Part shown: piece after piece, positions 11,033-19,849 of the stretch
Position numbering within the stretch: the first letter of the stretch is position 1
How the letters are laid out: every line of letters begins with the position of its first letter
Assembly: GCA_963754925.1 (NCBI GenBank)
Contig: CAVWHX010000002.1
Coordinates: 1-27,652, forward strand
Reading direction: 5' to 3'
Length of the DNA stretch: 27,652 bases
Origin: an uncultured delta proteobacterium
GTDB lineage: Bacteria; Myxococcota; B64-G9
Translations under genes and position numbers: made by a program
Notes under the pieces: model-generated
Seen by the model: only the letters and a program-made list of their open reading frames with translations
Database searches by the model: none
What the model was told of the DNA's origin: nothing

Positions 11033-12133
11033 ATGAAACGAGTCATGAACTTTAACCCTGGCCCCGCCGCCATACCGCTTGAAGTACTTCAAGAAGCTCA
11101 GCAAGAGCTCCTCGATTTTGCAGGAACCGGAATGTCGGTGTTGGAAGTCAGCCATCGTTCGAAAGACTACGAGAAAGTGCATAACGAAGCCCAGGCGCTT
11201 TTGAAAGAGTTGCTCGGCCTTGGCACAAGCCACCAGGTACTCTTCATGGGCGGCGGCGCCTATACACAATTTGAATTGGTGCCGCTGAACTTCCTTAACC
11301 CCGGGCAGACGGCCAACTATCTGGTGACCGGAAGCTGGGCCCAGAAGGCCTTCAAAGAAGGTAAAATCGTCGCTTCAAAAATAGGCGCGACGGCCCGTGC
11401 AGCGGCCAATACGGAGGTAGACAAGAAATTCACCCGGATCCCCAAGCCGGCTGACTGCTCGTTCACTGACAACGCGGCCTATGTGCATCTGACCTCAAAC
11501 AACACCATCTTCGGAACGCAGTGGCACCGGTTTCCCGAGGTTGCTGCTCCGCTAACGGCCGATATGTCTTCGGATATTCTGTGGCGTCCGTTTGAGGCCA
11601 GTAAATTCTCCCTGATTTATGCCGGCGCCCAGAAAAACCTCGGTCCGGCCGGCGTGACGGTGGTCATCATCAAGGAAGATTTCTTGGCCAAGGCCAAGGA
11701 AGATATACCCACCATTTTTTGCTACAAGACCCAAGCTAAGGAGAATTCGCTTTTCAACACGCCGCCGGTATTCGGCGTCTACCTGGTCGGAAAGACCCTG
11801 AAATGGATTAAGAAAAATGGCGGCCTGGCCAACAATGAGAAAAACAACCGCGCCAAGGGAGACCTGCTGTATCAAACAATCGACAAACACGCCGGTTTCT
11901 ATAAGGCTCCGGTGGAGAAAGAAAGCCGCTCGTACATGAACGTCGTCTTTCGGTTGCCGAGCGAAGAGCTTGAGACAAAGTTCGTCGACGAGGCTAAAAA
12001 ACTCGGCATGATTGGACTCAAGGGCCATCGTTCGGTGGGTGGCATCCGCGCGTCGCTCTACAACGCCGTCACGCTCGATTCGGTAAAAGCTCTGACCAAC
12101 TTGATGGAAGACTTCATCAAGAAGAATGGTTAG
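11033..12133 (+). CDS. serC: Phosphoserine aminotransferase
   Basis: Motifs NFNPGPA, EVSHRS, TSNNTIFG, DMSSDI, YAGAQKNLGPAG (PLP lysine), NTPPVF, GHRSVGGIRASLYNA. Confidence 0.97.
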   Translation: MKRVMNFNPGPAAIPLEVLQEAQQELLDFAGTGMSVLEVSHRSKDYEKVHNEAQALLKELLGLGTSHQVLFMGGGAYTQFELVPLNFLNPGQTANYLVTGSWAQKAFKEGKIVASKIGATARAAANTEVDKKFTRIPKPADCSFTDNAAYVHLTSNNTIFGTQWHRFPEVAAPLTADMSSDILWRPFEASKFSLIYAGAQKNLGPAGVTVVIIKEDFLAKAKEDIPTIFCYKTQAKENSLFNTPPVFGVYLVGKTLKWIKKNGGLANNEKNNRAKGDLLYQTIDKHAGFYKAPVEKESRSYMNVVFRLPSEELETKFVDEAKKLGMIGLKGHRSVGGIRASLYNAVTLDSVKALTNLMEDFIKKNG

Positions 12134-12244
12134 AGACTGTTAGCGAACGAAGTGAGCGTTACAGCCTCTTATCCCCGGAGGGGATTAGAAATCGTTGCCG
12201 AACGAAGTGAGGCTTACAAGCTCTTATCCCCGTCAAGGGGGGTA
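12131..12244. repeat. Two imperfect tandem units of about 55 bp, each with a GAACGAAGTGA hairpin and a C4/G4 hairpin, between convergent genes
   Basis: GTTAGCGAACGAAGTGAGCGTTACAGCCTCTTATCCCCG (from 12139) versus GTTGCCGAACGAAGTGAGGCTTACAAGCTCTTATCCCCG (from 12194). Confidence 0.8.
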
Positions 12245-12275
12245 ATACGAAACTGGGTTTTCACCTTCCATGGTT

Positions 12276-13337
12276 TCAATCGATGTCTTTATCAAAATCC
12301 AGCGATGATCTCATAAACTTATATTTTTCCGGCGACGCCGGTCCCCGTATCTTATCGGTTTTTCTAACGAGTCTTCGTGCCTCATTAGGGCATACTTTGG
12401 TGCAGAGTCCACAACCGATACACCTATCCAAATTAATGGTGACCTTGTCTTCGACGCTCACGATAGCGTTCATCGGGCAATGATCCAAGCAGGTTTTGCA
12501 TGACAAGCAGATGTCAGGGTTGATTTCTGCATAGTAATTTGATCCGGCTGATTTCGCCGGCACAGGAGATGCTTTAAAGGCATTGAGGATACCGCAGCAA
12601 TTGGGACAGCAGTTGCAGATGCATTCGATATTTCGAGAATCGCCACCGGTCTGGTGAACCAAGCCGGCCTTTTCAGCTTCAGCCAGGACGTTGAGCGCTT
12701 CCTCTTTCGATATCCACCGCCCGATACCATAATGCTCGATTGGATATTCGGCGTAATAGTCAAAGCCCATACAAACCTCGAGCGGCTGTTTGCATCCGGT
12801 TTCGAGCTTTTGGATTTTTAAAGCACAAGAACACCTAAAGAGACCAATTCGCGTTTTACTTTCGATAATTTGTTTGATGTCATCATAGGGCAATACCTGG
12901 GATCTATTGTCGAGTTGGATGTTTACCGGAATGGTGCGTAACGTTATTCCTTTGGGAGAAAATCCGCCCTTTGTGTATTGATCGTACAGGACGGCAAGTT
13001 CTTTGTCCATGATGCCTTCCGCCGAATGTTCAAAAAAACCATGCATGAAGGGCGCGGCGGCATAATACATCCTTCCATCTTTTTTTCTGGGGAATACCAA
13101 GCCTTTTTTGAGCATTCCTTCAAGAATTGCCGAAGCTTCATGATAATCTTTATTGGATTTGCGTGCAATTACCTCTACCGGCTCGAGCTGGCGCGACAAA
13201 AACAAATACATTTGGGCTTCAGTTTGGGTGAATATTTTTTGTAGGATTTTTATTTCGATTCCGGATGCGGTCGCGTTGAATCCTATGGAAAAGCTATCGA
13301 TTCGTTCACGGAGCTTTTGATATAGTTCGGTTGACAT
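12276..13337 (-). CDS. 4Fe-4S dicluster protein with an N-terminal HTH-like region
   Basis: Motifs CSC, CNCCPNCC, CLSCKTCLDHCP, CIGCGLCTKVCP. AGAGGA RBS before ATG 13337. Confidence 0.88.
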   Translation of the reverse strand: MSTELYQKLRERIDSFSIGFNATASGIEIKILQKIFTQTEAQMYLFLSRQLEPVEVIARKSNKDYHEASAILEGMLKKGLVFPRKKDGRMYYAAAPFMHGFFEHSAEGIMDKELAVLYDQYTKGGFSPKGITLRTIPVNIQLDNRSQVLPYDDIKQIIESKTRIGLFRCSCALKIQKLETGCKQPLEVCMGFDYYAEYPIEHYGIGRWISKEEALNVLAEAEKAGLVHQTGGDSRNIECICNCCPNCCGILNAFKASPVPAKSAGSNYYAEINPDICLSCKTCLDHCPMNAIVSVEDKVTINLDRCIGCGLCTKVCPNEARRLVRKTDKIRGPASPEKYKFMRSSLDFDKDID

Positions 13338-13412
13338 GAACAAATCCTCTCTTGGTATGCATTACAAGAATGACAAATTCCTCACTTTTATCGGGGAAGC
13401 TGCTCCCCACGT

Positions 13413-14315
13413 TCATGCAGAGGTGTCAGATTTATTGCACGCATCGCCACCTATACCATTATACAAAAATTCATTGATTATGTTAACTATCTCTAACGGT
13501 TTTTCCATTGGGATCAGATGACCAGCGCCTTTGACAAGACGATAGGAGGCGTGGGGCATCAGCGCCGTGGCTTTGTTTAGATCAATATACGATCTGTTTT
13601 CGCTCAATTCTCCCTCGAGCACCAAGGTCGGGCAGGTCATGCCGGGCAGCAGAGGCCACGGGTTCCTCGCCATACCCCCCATGAAAAGCGCCGCTTCTTT
13701 CCGTGGCGAGCATGCCAGCGTCAAACCTCCCGACTTTCCGGGAACAAAACCGTACTGAAGGTACAGCTCGAACGATTCGTCATCCCACCGCTGAAAGAGA
13801 GATTTTGATTTAAGATAGTTAACAGCGGCGCCGCGGTCTTCCCAAGAGTTTTTTCTCTTGATGGACTTCGAGGCAAGCGGGTGTAGCTCAACCGTAATCG
13901 GCAGGGTGTACAGCATTTCCGGAAGAAAGATGGGCTCGATTAAAACCGCTTTTTTTGCTTTGAGCCCGAGCGCGGATACGGCCAGGGTCGTGATGGTTGC
14001 TCCCATGGAATGACCTACGATATACGGTGAATCAAGGTTAACCCCTTCGCACAGGCGGCAAAGATCCTCGGCCAAGACCGACCATCGAAGACCGCCGTCT
14101 TCCGGTTCCGCCGCTCGGTGATCGCAAAAATAGGGAGCGATGACGGTGTATGAAGGAACCAATCTCCGTGCTACCGGATGCCACAACCAGGGCAGAAATC
14201 CCGTTGCATGCAGAAAGATAATGGTCGGTCCTTCTCCGGCATAGAAAAGATATTCTACAGTGGCATCGCCAAGGTCGAACGATCGGATATCAGGTTTCTT
14301 TTCTATCACGAGCAA
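13413..14315 (-). CDS. Alpha/beta-fold hydrolase
   Basis: HATGF oxyanion motif, GHSMG nucleophile elbow, GAGHLIP catalytic His. TTG start. Confidence 0.9.
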   Translation of the reverse strand: MLVIEKKPDIRSFDLGDATVEYLFYAGEGPTIIFLHATGFLPWLWHPVARRLVPSYTVIAPYFCDHRAAEPEDGGLRWSVLAEDLCRLCEGVNLDSPYIVGHSMGATITTLAVSALGLKAKKAVLIEPIFLPEMLYTLPITVELHPLASKSIKRKNSWEDRGAAVNYLKSKSLFQRWDDESFELYLQYGFVPGKSGGLTLACSPRKEAALFMGGMARNPWPLLPGMTCPTLVLEGELSENRSYIDLNKATALMPHASYRLVKGAGHLIPMEKPLEIVNIINEFLYNGIGGDACNKSDTSA

Positions 14316-14380
14316 TTCCTATCTCAAGGATCTAAAAATTGGAACGAAAAACGTTAGAGTTACAAAGAACTGAGGGATAC

Positions 14381-16048
14381 CTAGGCACTCGTCAGGTATT
14401 GTTTTATTTTTCGCCGGATGTATTCGGGAAGTTTGATGCCGATGGCGTTGAGCCGGGACTCGTATTTCTTTAGTGAACGAATGTGTTGGGAGGTATTGGA
14501 GAAAATCTGAAAGTAGGTTTGAATGCTGCCCTCCACCTCCTTGCGAAAGACCATATCCTGGTTGAGCAAATCATCGATTGGCGCAATAACGCGGTAGTTG
14601 ATCGGTCTGCCCAGGGAACGATAGGCGACGAAGCGCTGGAGAGTTTCGCACTCGTAGTTCTTTTCAAGAATGCTAGCATTGACCTTGTTGAGGTTCACAC
14701 AATCCATGATCTGAATATCGTAGGCGTTGCCGAGAATGCCTTTGATCATAGCTTGTGCGTTTTTAAACGATGCACATGCTCCGAAGCCGGCGTTGCACTC
14801 GGCATCGCATCGCAGATAGAGGATGAAATCAATGTCAGAGCCCGGCAGGGAAAGACCGATGTTCACGGAGCCGACAACATCCATGGCGATATCGCCTTTC
14901 AGCTGTTCCTCGAGGATATGGGCTACCTCCTCCAGCTTACCCAAGCGTTCCTCGGTCTCCGGAGTTTGAAACATACGATAAAATTTCTTGATTTCATTGA
15001 AGAGTTGGATCTCTGGTATATGCGAATATTTCGCTACCTTGAGGTCATAGTTATCCCGGTTTTTGTGACTTTGATACCGTTCATTATCAACGATCTTCTC
15101 TTGCCAGCCTCCGCCCTGGGGGTAGTAATCAGCTACATCATAGATCCGGTCCCCGCTAAGCTTCTTTAAAATGACGGATGTTAGCTGGTGCTGCTTCAGC
15201 TCTATCTGATGGAAGAACCCACCCTCCGAGACATCACCCGTTGGATTCGTGACCTCTCCGAAATTAGATGGATTAAGATACAGGGTGTTTTCGCGCATGG
15301 TCACCCCCCAGGAATCGTGAGCGTGCCCGGTTAAGCACAACATTACCGGGTGGGTGTCGCAGTATCTGCGCAAGGCAAGCGAGCCAAAAGGGCCGTGGGC
15401 CGCCAAGCGATCGTGAATACCATAGGCTGGTTGATGGGTAACGATGATATCCGGTTTCGCCTCCTCAAAGTAGCGATACATCTCGTTCTCGGTCTCATGC
15501 ACGCCGATGCCGGCCTGATATTTCACGATGTACCGTTGGGGAATACCGGAGGTCCACACATCGGCGCCCCCATAACCGGACACGCGAAGATCATCAATTG
15601 AAAAAACATGCAAGTGCAGATCGTTATCGTGCAGGGAGGTAAATTTTAAATTCATATCGTAATTGCCCGGCAGGCACAGCACGCGTGACTTGTGCTTTGC
15701 AGAAATGATGTTCTTGAGCACTTTGTATTTTTGTTGCATGACGCGCCGGGCGCGAATGGTGTAGTGCTGGTAGCGCGTGGCTTTGCTGCGGAGTTCTTCC
15801 GAGAGTTGGGGGGTTTTGAGAAGCTCGTCGACAAAGTCCTCCAGCACCTGTTCTTGTGTATTCATGCGGCGGCGCAGACCATGGAAATAGGTTTGCAGCT
15901 CGTGATAGCGGATGGAAGCTTCCATATTGTAGAACGGGATGTCAATCAGATCGCCGGCGATAATATAGAGGTGAGCCACCGTCTCTGAGAGCAAACTCTT
16001 GACGCGCTCGAAGTCACCGTGGATGTCGGTTGCGTAGATTATTTTCAT
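14381..16048 (-). CDS. Calcineurin-like metallophosphoesterase fused to a C-terminal Pol-beta-superfamily nucleotidyltransferase domain
   Basis: Phosphoesterase motifs TDIH, GDLID, GNYD, THQP, GHAH. From about residue 393, VVGSVNIGLSLPGSDIDFILY matches GS-x10-DxD, with a later strand QIMD. Intact 555-aa ORF. Confidence 0.85.
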   Translation of the reverse strand: MKIIYATDIHGDFERVKSLLSETVAHLYIIAGDLIDIPFYNMEASIRYHELQTYFHGLRRRMNTQEQVLEDFVDELLKTPQLSEELRSKATRYQHYTIRARRVMQQKYKVLKNIISAKHKSRVLCLPGNYDMNLKFTSLHDNDLHLHVFSIDDLRVSGYGGADVWTSGIPQRYIVKYQAGIGVHETENEMYRYFEEAKPDIIVTHQPAYGIHDRLAAHGPFGSLALRRYCDTHPVMLCLTGHAHDSWGVTMRENTLYLNPSNFGEVTNPTGDVSEGGFFHQIELKQHQLTSVILKKLSGDRIYDVADYYPQGGGWQEKIVDNERYQSHKNRDNYDLKVAKYSHIPEIQLFNEIKKFYRMFQTPETEERLGKLEEVAHILEEQLKGDIAMDVVGSVNIGLSLPGSDIDFILYLRCDAECNAGFGACASFKNAQAMIKGILGNAYDIQIMDCVNLNKVNASILEKNYECETLQRFVAYRSLGRPINYRVIAPIDDLLNQDMVFRKEVEGSIQTYFQIFSNTSQHIRSLKKYESRLNAIGIKLPEYIRRKIKQYLTSA

Positions 16049-16196
16049 AGTTTAGTTTTTGATATACTCCTCGTGCATGGTCCGAAAAGAATGACCATGT
16101 TTGTTTAGCAAGGGTATTCTACTATGAGTTAGCTAATAAGAAAACAACCCAATTCCCTGAGGAGACGTTGGATAGCCTCGGCGGGGAGGAAAAATC

Positions 16197-16496
16197 ATGA
16201 TCCATGAGAAAGTGCAACTGACCAAAAAGCAAGCTGACGCGTATGTTGTACCTCTCGGGCCGGTTAATCTAGTATACATCGTGACCAACGTCGGCATGGC
16301 TGGCTGTGGGGCCTTTGATGTGATGGCGCTGGATAGTTTCGGCTACCCGGCCGTGAAGGTCAAGTCTACCCGAGGGACGCCAATCGCTACTATTGATGAT
16401 CTGCTCGGAGGTGTCGTCAAAGAAGCAAATGCCGCGGCAATTAACCTAAACATTGCCGTTGGAATGTCTGGCAGGGAAGCTCTCGAAAAAATGTGA
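16197..16496 (+). CDS. YunC/DUF1805 family protein
   Basis: Motifs GMAGCGAFDV, ATIDDLL, GMSGREAL. About 100 aa. GGAGG RBS. Confidence 0.8.
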   Translation: MIHEKVQLTKKQADAYVVPLGPVNLVYIVTNVGMAGCGAFDVMALDSFGYPAVKVKSTRGTPIATIDDLLGGVVKEANAAAINLNIAVGMSGREALEKM

Positions 16497-16685
16497 GACA
16501 TTCCATTTCTGCACGACCTTGTCTCAAGAGAGAATAAACGCATTCTGTGTCGGAATTTTGGATAACCATTGACGCGATGATGGTTGCTGAGGTAAGGTCT
16601 GTGTTCGCTTGGAAAAGCAAGCGCGCTAGAATTATATTGAGCTTGTGAGGAAAAAACAACTCGTTCATTCAAAAGGAAAACGGCT

Positions 16686-17804
16686 ATGTTCAAAGTAGGT
16701 TTTATCGGTTGGAGAGGAATGGTCGGCTCCGTTCTCATGGAGCGTATGCTGGCGGAGAAGGACGTTAGTGGTTTCGAACCGCTGTTTTTTACTACGTCGA
16801 ACGTTGGCGGGAAGGGTCCCTCTCTGGGATTCGATGTCCCGCCGTTAGTGGATGCATTTGATCTCGATAAATTGAAATCTCTTGATATTATAGTTACTTG
16901 CCAAGGTGGTGACTATACCAACGAGGTGTATGGAAAACTTCGAGCGTTGGGTTGGAAGGGATATTGGATCGACGCCGCTTCGGCGTTGCGTATGAAAGAC
17001 GATAGTATCATCGTTCTCGATCCGGTGAATCGTAGGGTCATCGACAAGGGACTTCGATCCGGCATCAAGACCTATGTCGGCGGCAATTGCACCGTCAGTT
17101 GCATGCTTATGGCGCTCTCCGGGCTGTTTAAAGCAAAACTGGTTAAGTGGTTATCCACCATGACCTATCAGGCTGCGTCGGGAGCGGGCGCGAAGTACAT
17201 GATTGAGTTGATTAAACAAATGGCGCACATCAGCGGTGCATCAAAGGCCGCGCTCGATAATTCGGCAGCCGGCGCACTTGAGTTGGAAAAAATAGTAACC
17301 GGAGACCTACGCGGCGGGAGCTTGCCAGTCGAAAATTTCGGCGTGCCGTTGGCTGCGAGTTTGATTCCCTGGATTGATAAGCCGGTGGAAAACGGCCAAA
17401 CCCGCGAGGAATGGAAAGGATTCTTGGAGACTAATAAGATTCTCGGCACCAGGAAGCCGATTCCCGTTGATGGGATTTGCGTGCGTGTGGGCGCGATGCG
17501 CTGCCATAGCCAGGCGCTTACCATTAAATTGACCAAGGATGTCCCGCTCGATGAACTGGTCGGTATAATAGGACAAGCCAACCAATGGGTATCGGTGGTT
17601 CCGAATACGAAAGAGGCTACCATTAGGGACCTGACGCCGACCGCCGTGTCCGGAAATCTCTCCATCCCTATCGGACGCATCCATAAAATGAAGATGGGGC
17701 CCGATTTCTTGACCGCGTTTACCGTGGGCGACCAGTTGCTTTGGGGAGCCGCCGAGCCGATCCGAAGGATCGTGAGAATAGTGCTCGAATACCTCCAAAA
17801 ATAA
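16686..17804 (+). CDS. asd: Aspartate-semialdehyde dehydrogenase
   Basis: Motifs [36 protein letters not shown] (catalytic Cys), [27 protein letters not shown]. Confidence 0.97.
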   Translation: MFKVGFIGWRGMVGSVLMERMLAEKDVSGFEPLFFTTSNVGGKGPSLGFDVPPLVDAFDLDKLKSLDIIVTCQGGDYTNEVYGKLRALGWKGYWIDAASALRMKDDSIIVLDPVNRRVIDKGLRSGIKTYVGGNCTVSCMLMALSGLFKAKLVKWLSTMTYQAASGAGAKYMIELIKQMAHISGASKAALDNSAAGALELEKIVTGDLRGGSLPVENFGVPLAASLIPWIDKPVENGQTREEWKGFLETNKILGTRKPIPVDGICVRVGAMRCHSQALTIKLTKDVPLDELVGIIGQANQWVSVVPNTKEATIRDLTPTAVSGNLSIPIGRIHKMKMGPDFLTAFTVGDQLLWGAAEPIRRIVRIVLEYLQK

Positions 17805-17837
17805 AATCACCACGGGCGGTGTGCTTCGCGTTGAACC

Positions 17838-18353
17838 ATGATTCGAAAGTGCAACGATAATGATTTTGAGAGCATGTATGAAATTATCAACGATGCAGCT
17901 AGTGCCTATAAGGGTGTTATTCCGGCGGATTGTTGGAAGTATCCGTATATGAGCAGAGAATATCTTAAACACGAAATAGAAGAAGGTGTGGCTTTTTGGG
18001 GATATGAGGAAAACCAGGAGGTTGTCGGCGTCATGGGCATCCAGGACGTGCAGGATGTTACCCTTATACGGCACGCTTATGTGATAACACGAAAGAGATG
18101 CAGCGGCATAGGAAGCAAGCTTATAACATTTCTGTTGTCAAAGACGGATCGACCGTTGCTGGTAGGCACTTGGAAAGCCGCGTCATGGGCTGTCAGTTTC
18201 TATCAAAAGCATGGATTTAGGCTTATCTCGGATAATGAGCACGCAACCTTGCTACGAAAATATTGGAAGATATCGGATCGACAAATTGAGACCTCGGTGG
18301 TGCTTGGGTACGAGAATTTCTTCAAAACACAAACCATTCGAAGTGGTATTTGA
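17838..18353 (+). CDS. GNAT family N-acetyltransferase
   Basis: LIRHAYV...KRCSGIGSKLI (acetyl-CoA motif A) and AVSFYQKHGF. Confidence 0.9.
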   Translation: MIRKCNDNDFESMYEIINDAASAYKGVIPADCWKYPYMSREYLKHEIEEGVAFWGYEENQEVVGVMGIQDVQDVTLIRHAYVITRKRCSGIGSKLITFLLSKTDRPLLVGTWKAASWAVSFYQKHGFRLISDNEHATLLRKYWKISDRQIETSVVLGYENFFKTQTIRSGI

Positions 18354-18382
18354 TACGCTGTCATTTCGATGAGGGGTCAGCC

Positions 18383-18874
18383 ATGGAATGCAAAGCCGGA
18401 CCAAAGTGTGTGCGGGAAAGCAGTATTGTCGTCGTTCAACAGATGGTGCAACAGGATGCGAACCTTGCCGGGAATGTTCACGGCGGCGTGATCATGAAAC
18501 TCATCGACAATACCGCCGGCATAGTTGCGCTCAGGCATTCGTGCGGCATAACGGTCACGGCATCGCTTGATCGTTTGGATTTTCATAGCCCGGTGTTTGT
18601 CGGGAATCTGTTACGGCTTATAGCCAGCATAAACATGGTCGGCAGGACCTCGATGGAGATTGGGGTTCGGGTTGAGGCCGAAGATCCTCTTACGGGAGAG
18701 GTTCGGCACACTGCTTCTGCCTATCTTACCTTTGTCGCCCTCGATGGAAATGGTAAACCACGGCCGGTACCGCAGCTTATCTTTGAGACTGAAGATGAAG
18801 AACGGCGGAATAAGGAAGCCCAGTTGAGAAGAAAGCTGCGGCTTGATGAAAAAACACGGGAACATAGGTCATAA
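18383..18874 (+). CDS. Hotdog-fold acyl-CoA thioesterase (YciA-like)
   Basis: Motifs DANLAGNVHGGVIMKLID, VTAS, GRTSMEIGV, TFVALD. GAGGGG RBS before ATG 18383. Confidence 0.92.
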   Translation: MECKAGPKCVRESSIVVVQQMVQQDANLAGNVHGGVIMKLIDNTAGIVALRHSCGITVTASLDRLDFHSPVFVGNLLRLIASINMVGRTSMEIGVRVEAEDPLTGEVRHTASAYLTFVALDGNGKPRPVPQLIFETEDEERRNKEAQLRRKLRLDEKTREHRS

Positions 18875-19000
18875 TAAAAATGTTGCCCTCAGTGAAAAAA
18901 ATCAATTCCATTTTGGAATAGTCTGTCGTAAAAAAGATACATAGTCTAAATGGCGGCTGATCAATTTGCTGCAATACTAATACGTTATATTTTAATAGGT

Positions 19001-19016
19001 AGGCACGAGTTTTGCT
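19001..19016 (+). promoter_or_regulatory. Sigma54 (-24/-12) promoter
   Basis: AGGCACGAGTTTTGCT has GG-N10-GC spacing and matches TGGCACG-N4-TTGCW except at the first base. It lies about 70 bp upstream of the lipoprotein start. Confidence 0.7.
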
Positions 19017-19086
19017 TAAACTTAGTGAAGGTATTTGCTCGTTACCAACGGAAGTGGGACTACAAAGAAGATAGGAGGTTGGCGTA

Positions 19087-19515
19087 ATGAAAAGTATATA
19101 TTTATTGCTAATTCCCGGCCTTATTTTTCTCGGTAGCGGATGTGTTTTGGAGGATCATCATCATCATTGTTACGGTAGTGACTGTGTCTCAAACCCGAGC
19201 AATGGGGATATTTCGTTCGATTGGGGTTTCCTGTATACCGACGGACTTACTCATTACTGTGACGAACCGATCATTGATGTCAGAACTGTTCATGTCGCAA
19301 TCCATGATATAACTGGCGGAATTTATAGTCTTGAATATTCAAACGACTTCCCCTGTTCATATGGCGGTGTTACTGTCTACGATTTCATACCGGGTGACTA
19401 TGAAATTTATCTTGAGGGTGTAAGCTCTGCTGACGCATATGATTATACAGGTTATTTTGACGGGCCGGTTTATGCCGGACAAACAAATGAATTTGGTTTA
19501 TTGGTGCTCCATTAG
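19087..19515 (+). CDS. Acidic lipoprotein of unknown function
   Basis: MKS, a hydrophobic stretch, then LGSG-C lipobox (Cys19) and EDHHHHC. AGGAGG RBS. Confidence 0.75.
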   Translation: MKSIYLLLIPGLIFLGSGCVLEDHHHHCYGSDCVSNPSNGDISFDWGFLYTDGLTHYCDEPIIDVRTVHVAIHDITGGIYSLEYSNDFPCSYGGVTVYDFIPGDYEIYLEGVSSADAYDYTGYFDGPVYAGQTNEFGLLVLH

Positions 19516-19550
19516 TATTTCTTGATTAAATTACATTATAGCGATTATTA

Positions 19551-19590
19551 TTGACGTCACGTAATTTACGTGTTACACGTTAATTACGTG
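19551..19590 (+). promoter_or_regulatory. Toxin-antitoxin promoter with a tandem palindromic operator
   Basis: TTGACG (-35-like, 19551-19556), then CACGTAATTTACGTG (19558-19572) and CACGTTAATTACGTG (19576-19590). Confidence 0.75.
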
Positions 19591-19612
19591 CAACTGGGGC
19601 TTGGAGGTTGAT

Positions 19613-19849
19613 ATGGCCCGCAACATAACCATTACTATGGACGAAGAAGTCCTTAAAAAAGCGAGAGTTTTCGCGGCCCGACGGGGTTTGTCGGTATCGG
19701 CGCTGTTGCGCTCAGAGATTCTTCGACTGGTGGATGACGATGATGCCTACCAGCGCGCCAAAGAAGCTGCACAGAGACGTTTGAAGAGGGGGCTAGCGCT
19801 CGGGGGCGGTCCATATCCAACGCGCGAGGAGCTCTACGATCGTGGCTAG
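19613..19849 (+). CDS. Ribbon-helix-helix antitoxin (VapB-like)
   Basis: RNITITMDEEVLKKARVFAARRGLSVSALLR fits the RHH pattern. C-terminal TREELYDR. Overlaps the PIN gene. GGAGG RBS. Confidence 0.85.
   Translation: MARNITITMDEEVLKKARVFAARRGLSVSALLRSEILRLVDDDDAYQRAKEAAQRRLKRGLALGGGPYPTREELYDRG

Noticed and set aside
12131..12244. CRISPR array or integron attC site
   Set aside because: Only two imperfect units with no unique spacers of proper length, and no cas or integrase gene. No RYYYAAC...GTTRRRY pair brackets the hairpin.
14381..16048. CBASS/CD-NTase anti-phage system
   Set aside because: No recognisable Cap effector (patatin, SAVED, TIR, TM) or Cap2/Cap3 gene is nearby, and the NTase region is small. 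It cannot be supported from sequence alone.
16497..16685. Lysine or SAM riboswitch upstream of asd
   Set aside because: Only short hairpins are present. I could not recognise a conserved aptamer core or a terminator with a U-tract.
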